DNA of 64,000 nt from assembly GCA_964016885.1 (NCBI GenBank), contig OZ024740.1, positions 310,434,001-310,498,000 of the forward strand, given 5' to 3'. Positions 1 to 14,606 of the stretch are shown here, one piece after another (position 1 is the stretch's first letter; each line of letters opens with the position of its first letter). A program made the position numbers and the translations under genes. The notes under the pieces are model-generated. The model was given only the letters and a program-made list of their open reading frames with translations. It was not told where the DNA came from and did not search any database. The DNA is from Eledone cirrhosa (taxonomy: Eukaryota).

Positions 1-574
1 GCTCTTGGATTTCTATTCTAAATTTGGAATTACAAAGGAGCATTTTCGATCTCAAGAAATCGAAACAATTTGAAATCTATTAATGAAATTGTTGCAGTAA
101 TTTTTATTTAGTTTTCCCTTGTTTTCATTGGCATTTAATGTTTTTATTATTATTTTTATTCTAGTTGGCATTTCAATTTAAATGTTGATTTGATCCCAAA
201 TAGATATTTATTCATAATATGTTTTTTATAATACAAAAACATATGTATATTTAAAACATTTCCTTGAAATTTAGTATGTGAACTCCGATCTGAGTTTGCC
301 TCAGAATATCTGATCATCAGCAACATCTAATGGAATTAGATGTGAGCTATTACATTATTTGTGAAAGGAGATATGTATTATTGTAAGTAAAGTGAGGCTG
401 TAGATTATACCACTTTCCTGAGTTCCGATACGTGCAAACAACAATTCACAAGATGAGTTTCAGCCGGATATCCAAGATGTCACTTCAATTAGTCATATAT
501 ATATATATATATATGTATATAGATATGTGTGTACAAACAAAATGTCTATATTAGTAGTATAACAAAGTTCGTTC

Positions 575-2965
575 ATTATGTTAGTCGATCTGGTCTGTTA
601 TTTTGTCGTTTCTCCCTTTTCTTATTGTTGTCCTGATTTCTTTGATTTTCAATATCAATGCTTACATCATTGATTAGCTTTCAACATATTGGTCTGTCAT
701 CGATATCATGCCTCCAGCAGTGAGAGAATGTTACCTTTTTTCAAAGTATCTTTGATCGTGTCGTTATACCTCAAGAACGACCATCCTACATATCGAACAC
801 CTTCCTCAACCTCACCAAAAAGAAGTTTCTTTATAGGTCTACAATCATCCCTACGGACAACATGGCCACCTATTCCTTATGAGGATAGTTTCTATATCGG
901 GAGTCTTTGCGCGTTTTAGTACCTTATTGTTTGTGACTAAGTGATCCCATTTGATTTTGAGAATGAACCTAATGTGCCGTTGTTGAACGCTTCTTAACTG
1001 TCTTATGTGGTAACGATGGAGAGTCAAAGTCTCACATCCATGCGACAAGAGGAGTTATAAACATTGGTTATAAACTTTAAGTATTGTCTCAGATGTCAGT
1101 CCCTGGATTCAAAGACTCTCACGCTTAGGTGACCTACAGCACAAGAGGAGCTTGAATACATGCACTAAGTTATTCATCTAAATTACAGTCCTTGGGGACA
1201 TAGCTGCCAAGATATTTGAAGCGTTCCACTCTGGCAAATGTTTGACCATCAATGAAAAAATCAACTTGCTCTCCGACATTCAGTTTCGCTCTTCTTAATG
1301 TTTCTTCGAAGCCCCATTTCAATGAAACTGTGATATATGCAGATAACAGCTGCTGTAGAGCAATGGGATCATTGCAGAAAACAACGATGTCATCAAAATA
1401 TTGGGCCTCCCTTGTGAAATCAAGAAGTATCTGTGTCTTTGACTTGAGGCGTACTTTGTTGCTGTGTGAGGAACTGACTTGGTTGAAGGCTATAAAAAGC
1501 AGTACAGCAGCGTAAAGCCAAATAGTATAGGGGCAAGTTTGCAACTGTGCTTCACCCAACTTGTTCAGTTCATAGGGTTCGACAATTCCCCATCTATAAT
1601 AAGCTAACATTCATATTTGAATATAAAGTCCTAATGATGTTAACAAATATTGCTGGACAGCCACGCTGTCTCAGGATTTCGAAGAGTAGTTCTCGATTGA
1701 TGTAGTCAAAAGCCTTAGTGAAGTCTATAAATACGATGTGTAAATTACACTGCTGTTCTCTGCATTTCTCGATAATTTGACGTAAGGTGAAGATACCGTC
1801 TACAGTGCTTCTTCTTTTCCTCCTATATCAAGATTGTGAGTCAGAATAGAATTTTTCAACAAGTCATTGTGGTTTCTGGAGTATAATGACGACAAAGAGT
1901 TTCCCAACCACACTAAGCAATGATAGGCCAGGGTAGTTTTCACAAAGATTACGATCACCTTTCTTTAAAAAAATAGAAATGTTAGCATCAATAACATCCG
2001 ATGGCAAGCTTTCTGAGATCCAGAAACCATGAACTAAACCCTCTGGGACTATTCCATCAGGACCTGGACTCTTCCTGAGTATTTGAGTGCCGTCTCAAGT
2101 TCTTTCATAGTAATAGGGATTTCAAATTCCTCAATGGTTGATTGTTGCTCCATTTCATTAAGGATTTCCCAATTAGCATCAGTTAGTTGGTTGATGATTT
2201 CACTAAAGTGGTCAACCCATCTATCTTTAATGTCTGCAGATGTTGAAAGAAGGTCACGGTACTTCGACCGTATTGAATGCAATATTTGAACTTGGGGCCA
2301 TATACTGTATTGAGAGTTGCATAGAGCTCTCTATAGTTCTTCGCGTGGGCAAATCTTTCATTGGCTTTTTGTTGAAACCAGTTCTTGAGATTTCGAATTT
2401 CATCTGTTTCTTAGCTTTCAGAAGCTTCTGAATTTCTTGCTCTTGATCTTCAAACCACTCTTTACTTTTTTGTTTATGAGAATTGTTTGGCAGCACTTTG
2501 AAGGACTTATTTCGGGTTATCCCAAGACACCTCACCATCTCGGATGTGTTCGCTCAGGAACCTTTCAAGCTGGTGTTTTTTCTTCAGCATTCAGACAGGT
2601 TTTAGGCTTGCAGAGAGGATTGGTCCCTTCTTTGTTTTCTTTATACAATGCTGCACTTGCATATCAGGAGTTTATGGTCGGTGAAACAATCAGCATGAGG
2701 TGCTGTCGATCAATTTCCTGCCCTCTGCACTAACAAGGACGTGGTCCGGCTGATACGAGTGTTTAGAGCGTGGATGCAGCTAAGTGTTCTTGAGACAATT
2801 TCTTAGTTGGTACATTATGCCAATAAGTGAGAATTGAAAGCATATGCAAACTTCTTACAACATTAATCCATTAGAGTTCACATTTCCACTCCATGTTTGC
2901 CAAATACTTTTGCCATGACTTCCAATCTTTTCGAACACGAGCGTTGAAGCCACCAAGAACAATAA
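575..2965 (-). mobile_element. Degenerate RTE-like non-LTR retrotransposon (APE endonuclease C-terminal half plus RT), 5'-truncated
   Basis: Minus-strand translations show IIVLGGFNARV and HPRSKH..PDHVLV (APE), CENYPGLSLLSVVGK, IVFIDFTKAFDYINRE, QYFDD (YADD-like) and VERFKYLGS, with many stops and frameshifts. Confidence 0.85.
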
Positions 2966-3138
2966 TTGTTTCTACTTTAGGCACAAGGCCAGCAATTACC
3001 CAGTTCATTACTGGTACTTTATTTTATCGACCCTGTAAGGATGAAAGGCAAAGTTAACCTCGGCGGGATTTGAACTTAGACCATAAAGGGCCGTAACTCT
3101 TTGCTGCAAAGCATGGCGTCCGACCCTCTACCGATACA
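2963..3138 (-). mobile_element. tRNA-derived SINE copy
   Basis: Reverse complement of the window's ~185-bp family: B-box-like GTTCAAATCC, body GGGTCGATAAAATAAAGTACCAG, tail AGTAGAAACAATT. Confidence 0.85.
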
Positions 3139-3156
3139 GTATTGCAATAATAATAA

Positions 3157-3345
3157 TAATTGTTTCTACTTTTGGCACAAGGCCATAAATTACCCAGTGC
3201 ATTACTGGTACTTTATTTTATCGACCCCGTAAGGATGAAAGGTAAAGTTAACCTCGGCGGGATTTGAACTCAGATCATAAAGGGAGGTAACTCTATGCTA
3301 CAAAGCATGGTGTCCGACCCTCTACCAATACTGCAAATCCACCGC
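3157..3345 (-). mobile_element. tRNA-derived SINE copy, tandem to the previous one
   Basis: Same family; near full length including the A-box-like head. Confidence 0.85.
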
Positions 3346-4283
3346 AATAATAATAATAATAATTGATCGTATTACTCGTACTATTTGTTCATTCTTTGCA
3401 TTAGGAATATAAAGTTTTTATGCTTACTAGTTATATTTCAACTTTCATGAACCTAAACATATTTTCTCCAACTGTGAGGTTTTGACAATTTAGTGGGTGC
3501 GGTGTGGGGGGGGGGGGTATTATTTATCTTGAATACCATGTATTTTTGATAGTATGTTTTATAGACTGCCATATCTCAATTATATATGTTGCCTCTAACA
3601 ATAATAAAAGCGGGGAAGTTTAACATAAAAAAATGATTCTTAGTATAATTCCGCCTGAGAAATGCTAAGCTTTAAGTGCAAATAGTACGATTTTTTATGA
3701 GAATTAATTGTGTGCATCTGTATGAGATTTTATCATGATTAGATACAGTGTTATCAAGACAGAATCATTCACGTTCTCCCTTCTAATCAGTAGCCGCAAG
3801 GAATTTTGCAAAATAGTTTCTTTCCAAATTACTATCGTTAAGAGCAAAGGTAGATTTCAAAGAGTACAGATAATTTATTGATTTTGTTCCCAGTAGCTGA
3901 TTAATGAGATTTTCTATAACAAGAAATTTATTTTTCGGTTGAATAATCAAGGTTTGCTCTCAAAATCAAAAACACTAATTATAGTGTTGCGCATTAAAGT
4001 TAGTTGCTAACAGAGGTAAACGTAGATATGCTTATACAAGAGAAAGGATTAACAATAAAAAAAAGTGTCCATAGTTTCAAAATAAAGGAATAAGTATCAT
4101 GAAATGAAGTTGTCGAGTTGTTATTGTTTTCGGTAGACAACAAATCGGAGTTTGTCAACGACTTCCAAGGTTAGTTAGTATAGTTCTCTATATAAAAATG
4201 ATTCTTTCTGTCTGAAACCTGTAGGGATCCGCATGTGATAATAAAAATTAGCAAAACTGAGAAAATGACACTACTAAAGCATG

Positions 4284-4422
<139 letters not shown>

Positions 4423-4906
4423 TACTGTCGCCAAAATGCGCTCGAAACAGCATGTTCGGGTGTGGTTTGCCGTTGCAATAACACACAATTGGCTAGCCAT
4501 CCCCGAACAAAATCTATGCTCTACTTACTCTTCTCTGTTTGTGTTCGCCGTATATATATATGCATACACCCACACTGACATACACATACATATATATATA
4601 TATACAGTTGTCGCCCAGTATTCTCAGCGATTACTTTCCTAGAGCACCTTCGAAGAAAGAAAAACCGCTAATATTGGACGTGGTCCATAAAAATCCCTAT
4701 GAACGTCAAGGGACGTCTAATAGGCCGGGAAATACGGTATAGTGTTATTAATGATTTACCGTTAAAAAAATATATATATTGCTACACAAAAACCCATAAA
4801 AAATATCACGGAATCGTAAATATCTTCCATGAAAGGCATCCAGCAAATAGCTATCTCCATCCATCAGGATACTAAAGTTACTTTAGACTACCCAACTAAA
4901 CATATA

Positions 4907-5019
<113 letters not shown>

Positions 5020-5079
5020 CAACAAACAATGTTTATTTCACATCCTTGATTTCATTTGATTTCATTTGATTTCAGCCCA

Positions 5080-6439
5080 TCAACCTATATATGACATGTC
5101 TATATTAACGGCCAGAACAAGGAGTAAACGAGGAATTTGAAAATTGCTCTAAAAGCGTGAAACTCGATGAAATAGATTTACATGAACAACAAGGATGAGC
5201 TGAAATGTCCATAGCTTGACTATGAAGGAGTTATGTTAGAGCTATGAAATATTACATGTATTATTTTCCCGGCTTCTTATTAATAATTGCATTGCTTTTT
5301 TTATAGGTAAACTGACATCTGACTGTTCAAAGAAGGCTTCAAATGTAATTAGTAGCAATTCCTTTGAAAATGGACAAAATTGGCATCTTTGTATAATCAA
5401 GTACCTACAGAAAAAGGCTGCAGCTCCCAAGGCCATTCATGTTGCTTCATTCGGGGACACTTTAGGTTTATCAACAAAGCAAACGTGGGCAGCTGCATTT
5501 AAGGGGGAAAGGGAGAGTGTTGAAGACTATCTAAGTTCAAGACGTCCTACAAGTGCCACCACCGAGGTAAACATTGATCAGCTTCACCACATAGTGATGC
5601 ATAACAGGAGATTAATTATAAATCAAATAGGCAATACTATTAGAATATTCAGTGAAAGGCCTGGGGATAGTTTGCACAATGAACATGGTATGACGAACAT
5701 TTCTGTTTGGAGGATGCCACGTCTACTGACAGATGATCAAAAGCACACCAGACTAATCACATCACGGGAAACCTGACATTGTTTGACGCATATCCAGCTG
5801 GTTTCCTTGAACGTATTCTAACCCAGGATGAGTGTTGGGTTTATCACTTTGAGCCAGAGATAGAAACAATCCATACAGGGGAAACGCTCCTTTTCACCTG
5901 CTCCAAAGCAGGCTAAGGTCATTTCATCTGCAGAGAAGGGGATTGCCTCAGTTTTGGGCGATACAAAATGTATTGTGCATATTAACTATCTTCTACAGAG
6001 CCACACCATCGAGGGAGAGTACTATACGAACTTGCTGAGAAAGTTACAAAGGCTATCAAGATCAAACAACAAGGAAACCTAACGAAATGTCTCTTGTTTC
6101 AGGAGGAAACTGATCCAGCACGTTAGCCCTTGGTTTAAATGGCTGCTGTGTGTTGCTGTGGCTTTGAAATGATTGGCCTCATCTGACGGTCATTTGATCC
6201 TCAGCATGAAGAGATACTTGGCTGGGAACCATACCACAGTGTTGATGACGTCATATCGGCTGTTGATGACTTCTTTCACCCATAGAATGAAGGCTTCTTC
6301 ATGGATCGGATCTAAGCACTACAACACCGACGGAAGAAGCGTGTGGACCGCAGGGGGCTATTACAAAAAGAAACCTTATTTGGTCACATTCCATGAGAAT
6401 AGCTTGGTCGGCCTATGAATCTTCCAGCCGCCCTACATA
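5080..6439 (+). mobile_element. Degenerate mariner (Tc1/mariner) transposon with transposase pseudogene at ~5370-6370
   Basis: MDKIG..IKYLQKK N-terminus, RMPRLLTDDQK (WVPxxL-like), ILTQDECWVYHFEPE (first catalytic D region). The right end CTTCCAGCCGCCCTACA-TA is TIR-like; no left TIR found, so the left boundary is approximate. Confidence 0.8.
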
Positions 6440-7406
6440 CACCAATTTTCTTCACTTCTTGAAAAGACCCTTTTCACTATTCCTGTTTGGTGTTATCTAA
6501 AATGTTATATTACTTTGCTCTTTGTTGATTCATATATATATATGAGGTGGAACGAATAATTTGGTTCCTGTTTCTAATCAATATATCCCTCAGGCTTGTT
6601 ATTACTTCAACTTTCACTTTTTTTCTGGGATAAACACACACACACACGTTTTATCGTACATCCTGTCTAGCATATGGTTTTATGTATAGTCGAGTGCGTA
6701 TGTGTGGAAAAGTGCGTGTGTGTCTCTCGTGGTAATTTCTTCTACAAAAAGGTGCCTATGTGAATACTTATTTAAAAATATGTTCCTGCACAATAATTTA
6801 GCTGGACAGTTAATAATAAGTGAACCAATAGCTTAAATCGTAGTCCACTGCATAATCAAAGAAAATACATGACATGAGCGCATTTGCAGGTTACTTTTGA
6901 ATATATCATTCCAATCCAATGCGATTATCTTTTAGAACAGCTACGTTCTATCTAATGTGTGCAGATTGGTACCAGTATTTTTTCAGAAACTTTTCATTTT
7001 TGGATTTTGACTAATCACACAAGATAGTAACACCTCTCTGATTATGTTATGTGTTCAGTCATTAGTAATAATACACTCATTACATATTTATAGAGCATAT
7101 GTAGTCATGTAAGTAGCGACAGCTAATTGCAAAAGCACCTAATAAATTATATACATTTCAGATAAACATTGTAATATGCTTTCTGCATATTCTGCAGTAA
7201 TATCGTCTTATATCAAGACAAGTTAAAGAAAAACAATTCCTCTCCACTGACATGTTTCCATGCAACATTTAATTCCATATTTCAGGAACTTACAGTTATA
7301 GTTGCTGCTACATTTCTTATAATAACTAAAATAAAAATGTTGGCATAGTACTTGCTCATTTCCGAACGAATGTTTACATTAATTCGCAAATATATGTGTG
7401 TGCGTG

Positions 7407-7512
<106 letters not shown>

Positions 7513-9711
7513 TGTGTGTGTGTGTGTGTGCGTGTGTGTGTGTGTGCGTGCGTGTGTGCGTGCGTGTGCGTGTGTGAGTGTGTGTGTAATTAAGGTGTTC
7601 GTTCTAACATAGCTGTATACATATAAGTATTAGTATTTTGTATATCTTGTGATATATGGTACGTTTATAAATAAACATTTTGAGAGCCTTCAGCTATTAA
7701 TTTGGAGACTGATGCCGTCGTGCCATTTAGCAGATTCCAGCAGAAGCTAAGGATGGGTAACCGTCGACAACGTCGTTTCTGATTCTGCTTTTTCTTATGA
7801 CAATGCTCCGTTACCCTGCTCTCTGTTGGAACACAGTATAGGCGAACACATAGTTTTGACAAATATGTACATGAGCTGATTAGTCTTGTTTGCATATAGA
7901 GCAATCGACTGGCTCGGCTACGAAAATAGAATTAACGTGTTAGATTTAACATAGCTGTATACATATAAGTATGAATATTTTGTAGCCGATATGCTAACAC
8001 ATATGTGAACTCATTGATAAGGCTATGTGGAACATTGTTTATTCCTATCATTATTATAATCTCAGACAGTACTTTGTGTTTTCATTCTCCTTTTTAGAGA
8101 CAGTGGAGTGCCAAGGGTGGGAGGGAAGATTAGAAACAAAGCTTGTTACGGAAGTCAGTGCGTGGTCCGATTACGGTACCACATAACATATCAAAATATT
8201 TACTTGAGTTTTCCGAAGAAGAAATAGAACATCGTTTTCAGTTTTTGTATCAACAATTTTACGAAAAGATCATTATTCTAGATTTTGGATTGATATGTGA
8301 ATCATATCATAGATACATTTGACCAATAATATATCAGAATTGGTTTCATAAATTTATGTGAATTCTTTAAAATAAAATCGGTTTAAAACATGCCAGTGTT
8401 ACTAAAAGAGATGCTTGCATCTGAATTCTTTATAGCTTGTTAATTGTTTTAAAGCAAATTCTACAAAATATGTTATTGTATACTGTCTGTTTCTTATTTT
8501 CGCTTTCATTACCTTCTGATTTCTACATTAAAATGCCATGTATATCTTATTTCCTACACAGATAAGAGAAAACCAGAAGAAAATAAGTTTAATTACATCG
8601 ATGTGTGATATATACTAATTTAACTTTCACAGCTACTTTGTAAAATTATGTGAATTATATTAAAGACGGGTTGCATATATTTAACTGATAGCAGACTATC
8701 ACCATCTAATGACAAACGTACGACTGCAATGTTTTGTGGAAACAATGCCTAAACTCTTAGAAGTTTATGTGAATTAAATATTCGCAGATATTGTGAGATC
8801 ATAAGTTTGAACTGCTACATATTACCTGCAATGCTAATAGAACATTATGTTTAAAAGTTGATTCCTTTATTGGTGTAACTGTAACATTTACTAAGTGCAA
8901 CTGAAATCTCTGAAGCATACAATATCGACATTATTCTTGTTTACTTTGACAGTCACTTTCGAAATGGGAAATATAAGCATTTGAAGTGAATTGATAGTAT
9001 TATACATTAATACCAAATTATTATTTATGAGCAGAGCGTAAATTTTATTTACATTTAAAACTATGAAATATTCTGTGATTCAATCTAAGTGCCTATCAGT
9101 GAAATCATGTGAAGCTTCTCGATAGTTCCTATTCACACAAACGCTATAGAGGAAAATTACATTTTTACTGATATATTCATGTTTTAAATATTTTCATTTT
9201 TTTAAATTATATTATAATCTTCACCGGGGACATACATCACTTTAATGTTCGCAGAAAATTTCTTCTGACAATATTTAAGAGATTATGTATCTTGTTCAAT
9301 ATGTCTTATGTAAATTAATGTATTTCTTTTCATATTGCTCCAAATGATTCGTAGCTGAAACAATGGGAGGTTCCGTAGAAATATATTATATAACTTTTGA
9401 AATAGAATTCTATTTGAAGTTGCGTCAAAGGAAACGAAAAGTTTAAATGCAAACGGCTATAGTGAGTATTAGTGCGTATCAAAGAATGGGGGTTACGTCG
9501 GATTATCATCAAACATTCTATAACGTCGATAAACTACGGAGAGGAAGGAAACTCTGGACAGATTTTACGGACGGAACCAACCACCAGGAGACCCAGGTTA
9601 CGAGCAATATGGTAGAATATAACATATAAATTCATTTGGTTTCGCTTGAGGATTCATTTGTTGCATCTGACAGAACCCGCTGCATGAGGACACTGCCAGA
9701 AATAACTGGGC

Positions 9712-9754
9712 GAAGAAGAAGAAGAAGAAGAAGAAGAAGAAGAAGAAGAAGAAA
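9712..9754. repeat. (GAA)n microsatellite
   Basis: Direct reading. Confidence 0.95.
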
Positions 9755-10095
9755 TGCATACAGAAATTAATAGTTAATCAATTCATCCTTTCATTCAATG
9801 ACACAGCTTATAACTGTAAATCATAAAGCCTAATAGACATTTGTTTTAATAAAATATAATTCCATCAACAAATTTGAATAGCATTTGTTATTTAGTTTTT
9901 GTCTTTCAGCAGAGGTTTAATGTTGTGTCTTTAATTTTTTTTTTTATTTTTTTTTTATTATTTCTATATTTCTACATTTCTATATACCTCAGCAAAGAAA
10001 TAATAACTTTGAAATGAGCTTTGAAATGAGCTACGAGGTCAATCATCTCTCTAGAAACAGGCGCCAAATCTCAGATCACCAGTACATAATAATAT

Positions 10096-10280
10096 AATTG
10101 TTTCTACGTTTGGCACAAGGCCAGCAAATACCCAGTGCATTACTGGTACTTTATTTTATCGACCCTGTAAGGATGAAAGGCAAAGTTAACCTCGGCGGAA
10201 TTTGAACTCAGAATGGCAAGAACCGTAACTCTATACGTCAAAGCATGGCGTCCAACCCTCTACCGATACTACCAATCCAC
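10096..10280 (-). mobile_element. tRNA-derived SINE copy
   Basis: Matches the family over ~185 bp. Confidence 0.85.
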
Positions 10281-13103
10281 AAAAACAACAGACAACGAGT
10301 CTAAAGCTTTGATAATAATTAAACTGAATTAGGGTTGAGTGTGCCTAAACAATAGGAATATATTTCAATAAAATGTCACAATTTGATGAATTAACTTAAT
10401 TTGGGTTGCATTATTGTCTGCAAATTATACCGAGTCTCGTGCACATGGCTCCACACAATATTATTTCAAGCACTGCAAAACAATATATATATATATATTT
10501 GTATATGCTTCTGTGTGTGTGTGTGTGTATGTGTGTGTGTGTGCGCGTGTATATGTGCGTGTGTGTGTGTGTGCGTCTGTATGTGTGTATAACAGAGATG
10601 ATGGGATAGAAAGAAAGAGAAAAAGAGAACGACAGAGAGTTGAATAAACACCGGAGATGATTTGTCCTGAGCCGGGGCCGCAGTCGCAACATGAAATAGA
10701 TTGTGTATATTGTGCTGCCATGAGATTGCTCCCATCTACATATTCAACAGGAAAAAACAGAGTCAAAATCTTTTCGTTCATAATTATAAGTAGGTAGCCA
10801 ATCTACAGACGTTTCCTCTCGCAGAAAACCTCCAACTGAAGTCTCTTATCAACCACAGTCTCGTTACATACAGAACAATCTCTCACATAGACCCCTTTTT
10901 GAATGAACGTAAAGTGACAACGGTATATGTGTATATGTGTGTTTGTATTTGGTTTTATCTGTGGTGATATGTGAATAATAGCATCTATGTTGACATGTAT
11001 GTATAATTCCATGAAAGAAGCAATATGTAACTTAATTTAGAATAATAGCCCAACATTAACACTTTTACTAATTAAAAGGGAAAAACTCAGCAAACATGCT
11101 ATTCCAAATAGTTAAACTTCTCACCTGTTACACCCACTGTTATGAAATGTTGCTTCTACTTTATCAATTAATTCATTAATTAAAATGTTTGGATGCAGTT
11201 ATTTTTTTACTTCAGTTATATTTTAATTTTATTCTTTCTAATTGAAAGTATTTTACTCCACCCAGTTTTGTTTGGACGTCAGTGTCTATATTCTGGCACA
11301 GCTATACGTGAACATGAACAATCATTTATATCTTATATTTATGTATTATATCATTTATATCTTATATATCTTATTTGTGTGTGTATTCATATTTGCTTTT
11401 CTGCATGTATCTTTGTTCCTTTGTACATTTAGCCATACACATTTGCCATACACATAAATACCGGTTTAACTGGGAATTAAAAGGAATATCTTTCATGGAA
11501 TTTAATTCCCTATGTATAGTTTATATTTTGAATAATCAGTATTAAAGAAATTATAAATACTATTAAAACAATCTAGAGGAACCTGTTTCTAGATGGTTCA
11601 TTGATTCTTTGAATATTAATATTTATTAAATATGTGAATAACTTTTCGGTTCAAGATGATCAAAAATACATTACATACCCAATATCTAATTACAAAGTTC
11701 TTCGTATAATAAAGATAAATTAGAGCTCACTTACACATGGCATTCATTAAAATATAATACTAAACAAGTCAAACATGCGTGATTAAAAGTAATATCATTC
11801 AAACATACGTTATTAAAAGTAATACCATTGATTAAAGTATTTAATTATACACAGTATTTCAAACCAAATAATTAAATATTTATGCAAGAATATGTTGAGT
11901 CACGTAGTCAATCTAACGTTTATGACATAATAGTAAATGGCTTTAGTAAGAACATGTAAAATCCTTATTAGAGAAATGTGACTTCAGCAAGATTACTCAT
12001 CCACGTAATATGAATTTTCCGAAAAGAATTTTATAAAAAATTTACAGTAGATGAAAGCAGGTAGTTGTTCCTACATATCTTTGAATACAGTCTTTGTATG
12101 TACGTCTCATTTTAGAATTACTATAAATATTCTAGGAGATTGCAGACAATTTTAACATAATTATTAACACCAACTCTTTTCTTCTGGAAATACCTTGTTT
12201 ATATCTACATATAGGGAAACTCATATTAAGAATATATATGTGAATGCGTGTGTAAGTGCATGCATGTGTGTGTGTGTGACGGTGGGGGGGGGGGTGACTA
12301 CTTGTGTGTTTGAGTGTATGTGTGGGAGTGGGTATTTGTGCGTTTGTGTGTGTGTGTATATCTTGTGACTGTTTATAATTAGAGTAAATCCTCACTGAAT
12401 ACATGCTTTGTTACGGAAATAAGTAGGAAACGTGTTAGTTAATTCAATGCCTAATTGTTCATAGACGATAGTGGTTTGCATCATTAGCGAATGAGGGTAT
12501 AATCTACGCTTTACATAAACATGATTCAGCAGATTATAAGCTGGTTTAACATACGAAAATATTCATTTAGGAATTGCTTAGTTTAAGTGAAAATTATCTA
12601 AAATTCATTTTTTTTTAATTTTACTCTAGATGGTACATTTTCATATTACAAAAGGTTGGTGTTATAATATCTGTAATTTACGTACGCAGAGTAAGGGGAA
12701 CTACTTGAGACCTCTTAATTGATTACCCATTTGGTGTTACGAATTAATAACACTTTATCGATAATTCGATCGCTGTTTACAATATACAACGAACACGCAT
12801 CAACAAGAAATATTCTAAGTGTTCATCTTACTTAATAGAAATAGGAGCAAACAATTAATAAACTAATGGGACAGAGAAATTGATGAGTGTATTTCTAAGA
12901 GATAGATGGGTAAGTGTAGTAAAATATACACACGTGCCCACACACATACACACACCAACAATACACACTTACATGCACGCACACACACATACGCGCGCAC
13001 ACACACACACACACACTCACTCACACACACACAGACATATATATATATTGATATATATATTGGAAAATGTATGAAATTGTTGGTACAGTTAGGTATATTT
13101 AAA

Positions 13104-13270
13104 AAAGGAAAAGAATGACTTCACTTGTAGTTCCAGACAATTTAATTTAATTTTATATTATAGTTTTACAATTTGGTTTTGTAGATCTAGAAACCATATT
13201 GTAAAATCATATAATATTATAAAATTAAATTAAATTGTTTGGAATTACAAGTGAAGTCATTCTTTCCTTT
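13104..13270. repeat. Imperfect ~165-bp palindrome (foldback)
   Basis: AAGAATGACTTCACTTGTA... pairs with ...TACAAGTGAAGTCATTCTT; centre TAGATCTA near 13186. Confidence 0.85.
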
Positions 13271-13626
13271 ATATATATATGTATATATATATATATATAA
13301 ATGAGAGGTATAGTGATTGTTTTAGCGAGAAGCTAATAGTATTCTATAACATATATGCGACTATAACGTCAAGATGGGAAAAGTAGTTAACGTAAGATTT
13401 AGGAAAAATAATTCAAACTCATCTCAAAAGAGAATCAGGATATAAATTCATCCACAGAATTTAGTGAAATCCAGGGAAAAATCAATAGACCTTTAACTCA
13501 TGATAAAATAAAGTTTAAAACACTTATCCTTCAATTTGGAATAACATCAAATGCTCTGTATAGTCTTAAAAGACTATTTCATGAAAACTTATATATATAT
13601 ATGAAAACTTATATATATATATATAG

Positions 13627-14254
13627 AAAGACGTAAAATAAGAAAATTTTAAAAATTAAAAATTAACTTACTAAAATTTTCACTCCAACTAATTAGTTTC
13701 TGTAATGGGATACTAATTCTCTATATTTATCTCCAAATTATTTATTTGTTGAGCAAACCTGCCAAATTCACTACTAACTCATTGTAGTGGTAGTAGGCGT
13801 TTGTCATTTTACCACCCCACTCTTTCCGACTAGCCTCAGTGTCACGTGATTGATTTTTTAGAATCTGCCATTTGACCAGAGACAGTGAACTTTTTAAGTA
13901 CTTTGGAATTGAGTCCCCGCTAGCTGTTCCATCCACCGAATTATTATTATTTTCATATGAGTCCCTAGTGTCCGCGCATTGCCTGGAGACTTAGCTGAGA
14001 ATAGACCCCCTGATGACGTAATGAATTCTCGATGGTTACATTGCGTAACTATCTTTATCCCATTACAGAAACTAATTAGTTGGAGTGAAAATTTTAGTAA
14101 GTAAGTTAATTTTTAATTTTTAAAATTTTCTTATTTTACGTCTTTCATATAATTGTTCTGCATCCTCCTGCATTGAACCACCTAGGTACTATGACATAAC
14201 TTATGTATTTGCTAGCATTAGTGTACATCTGTACGCATATGTTGGTAAATATAC
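13627..14254 (+). mobile_element. Non-coding Penelope-type terminal-repeat remnant with an inverted ~86-bp arm
   Basis: 13627-13712 is the reverse complement of ~14057-14146; flanked by (TA)n; contains an HHR motif. Confidence 0.6.
14005..14086 (+). ncRNA. Type I hammerhead ribozyme motif, slightly degenerate
   Basis: ACCCC-CTGATGA-cGTAATG...CATTACa-GAAA-CTAATTAG-TT-GGAGT; palindromic stem III ACTAATTAGT; one mismatch each in stems I and II. Confidence 0.65.
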
Positions 14255-14518
14255 TATATATATATATATATATATATAATATATTTAGAAACACACAGAT
14301 ACATGCGGACACACACATATATACATGAATGCATCCGCACCCAACTGCGAGTTAAGGGTGCCAACTTCACCGATGTTGCTCAATGAATGACTGGGACAGA
14401 CCAATTCAGTTTGAACCAGACTGAACCAGTATCAGAGTTAAAAATACATTATGAAGAGAGAAGAAACATTTAGATATAATTGGTAATAAAATGTATCATA
14501 CCTAAACTGCTCCTAAAT

Positions 14519-14606
14519 TCCTCGACTACGTAGTTTCGTGGCATAAACAAAAACAATATATCAAAGATATAGAGTCCTTGCGAGGTCTGCCAACTTATCA
14601 AGAGGA
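14519..14606 (-). ncRNA. Type I hammerhead ribozyme, U3-A8 variant (unit 1)
   Basis: Minus strand: TCCTC-TTGATAA-GtTGGCA...TGCCAC-GAAA-CTACGTAG-TC-GAGGA; GUC cleavage triplet; palindromic ACTACGTAGT. Confidence 0.8.

Noticed and set aside
4605-4739. Tc2-like MITE ending GGGAAATACGG-TA
   Set aside because: Only one terminus is recognisable.
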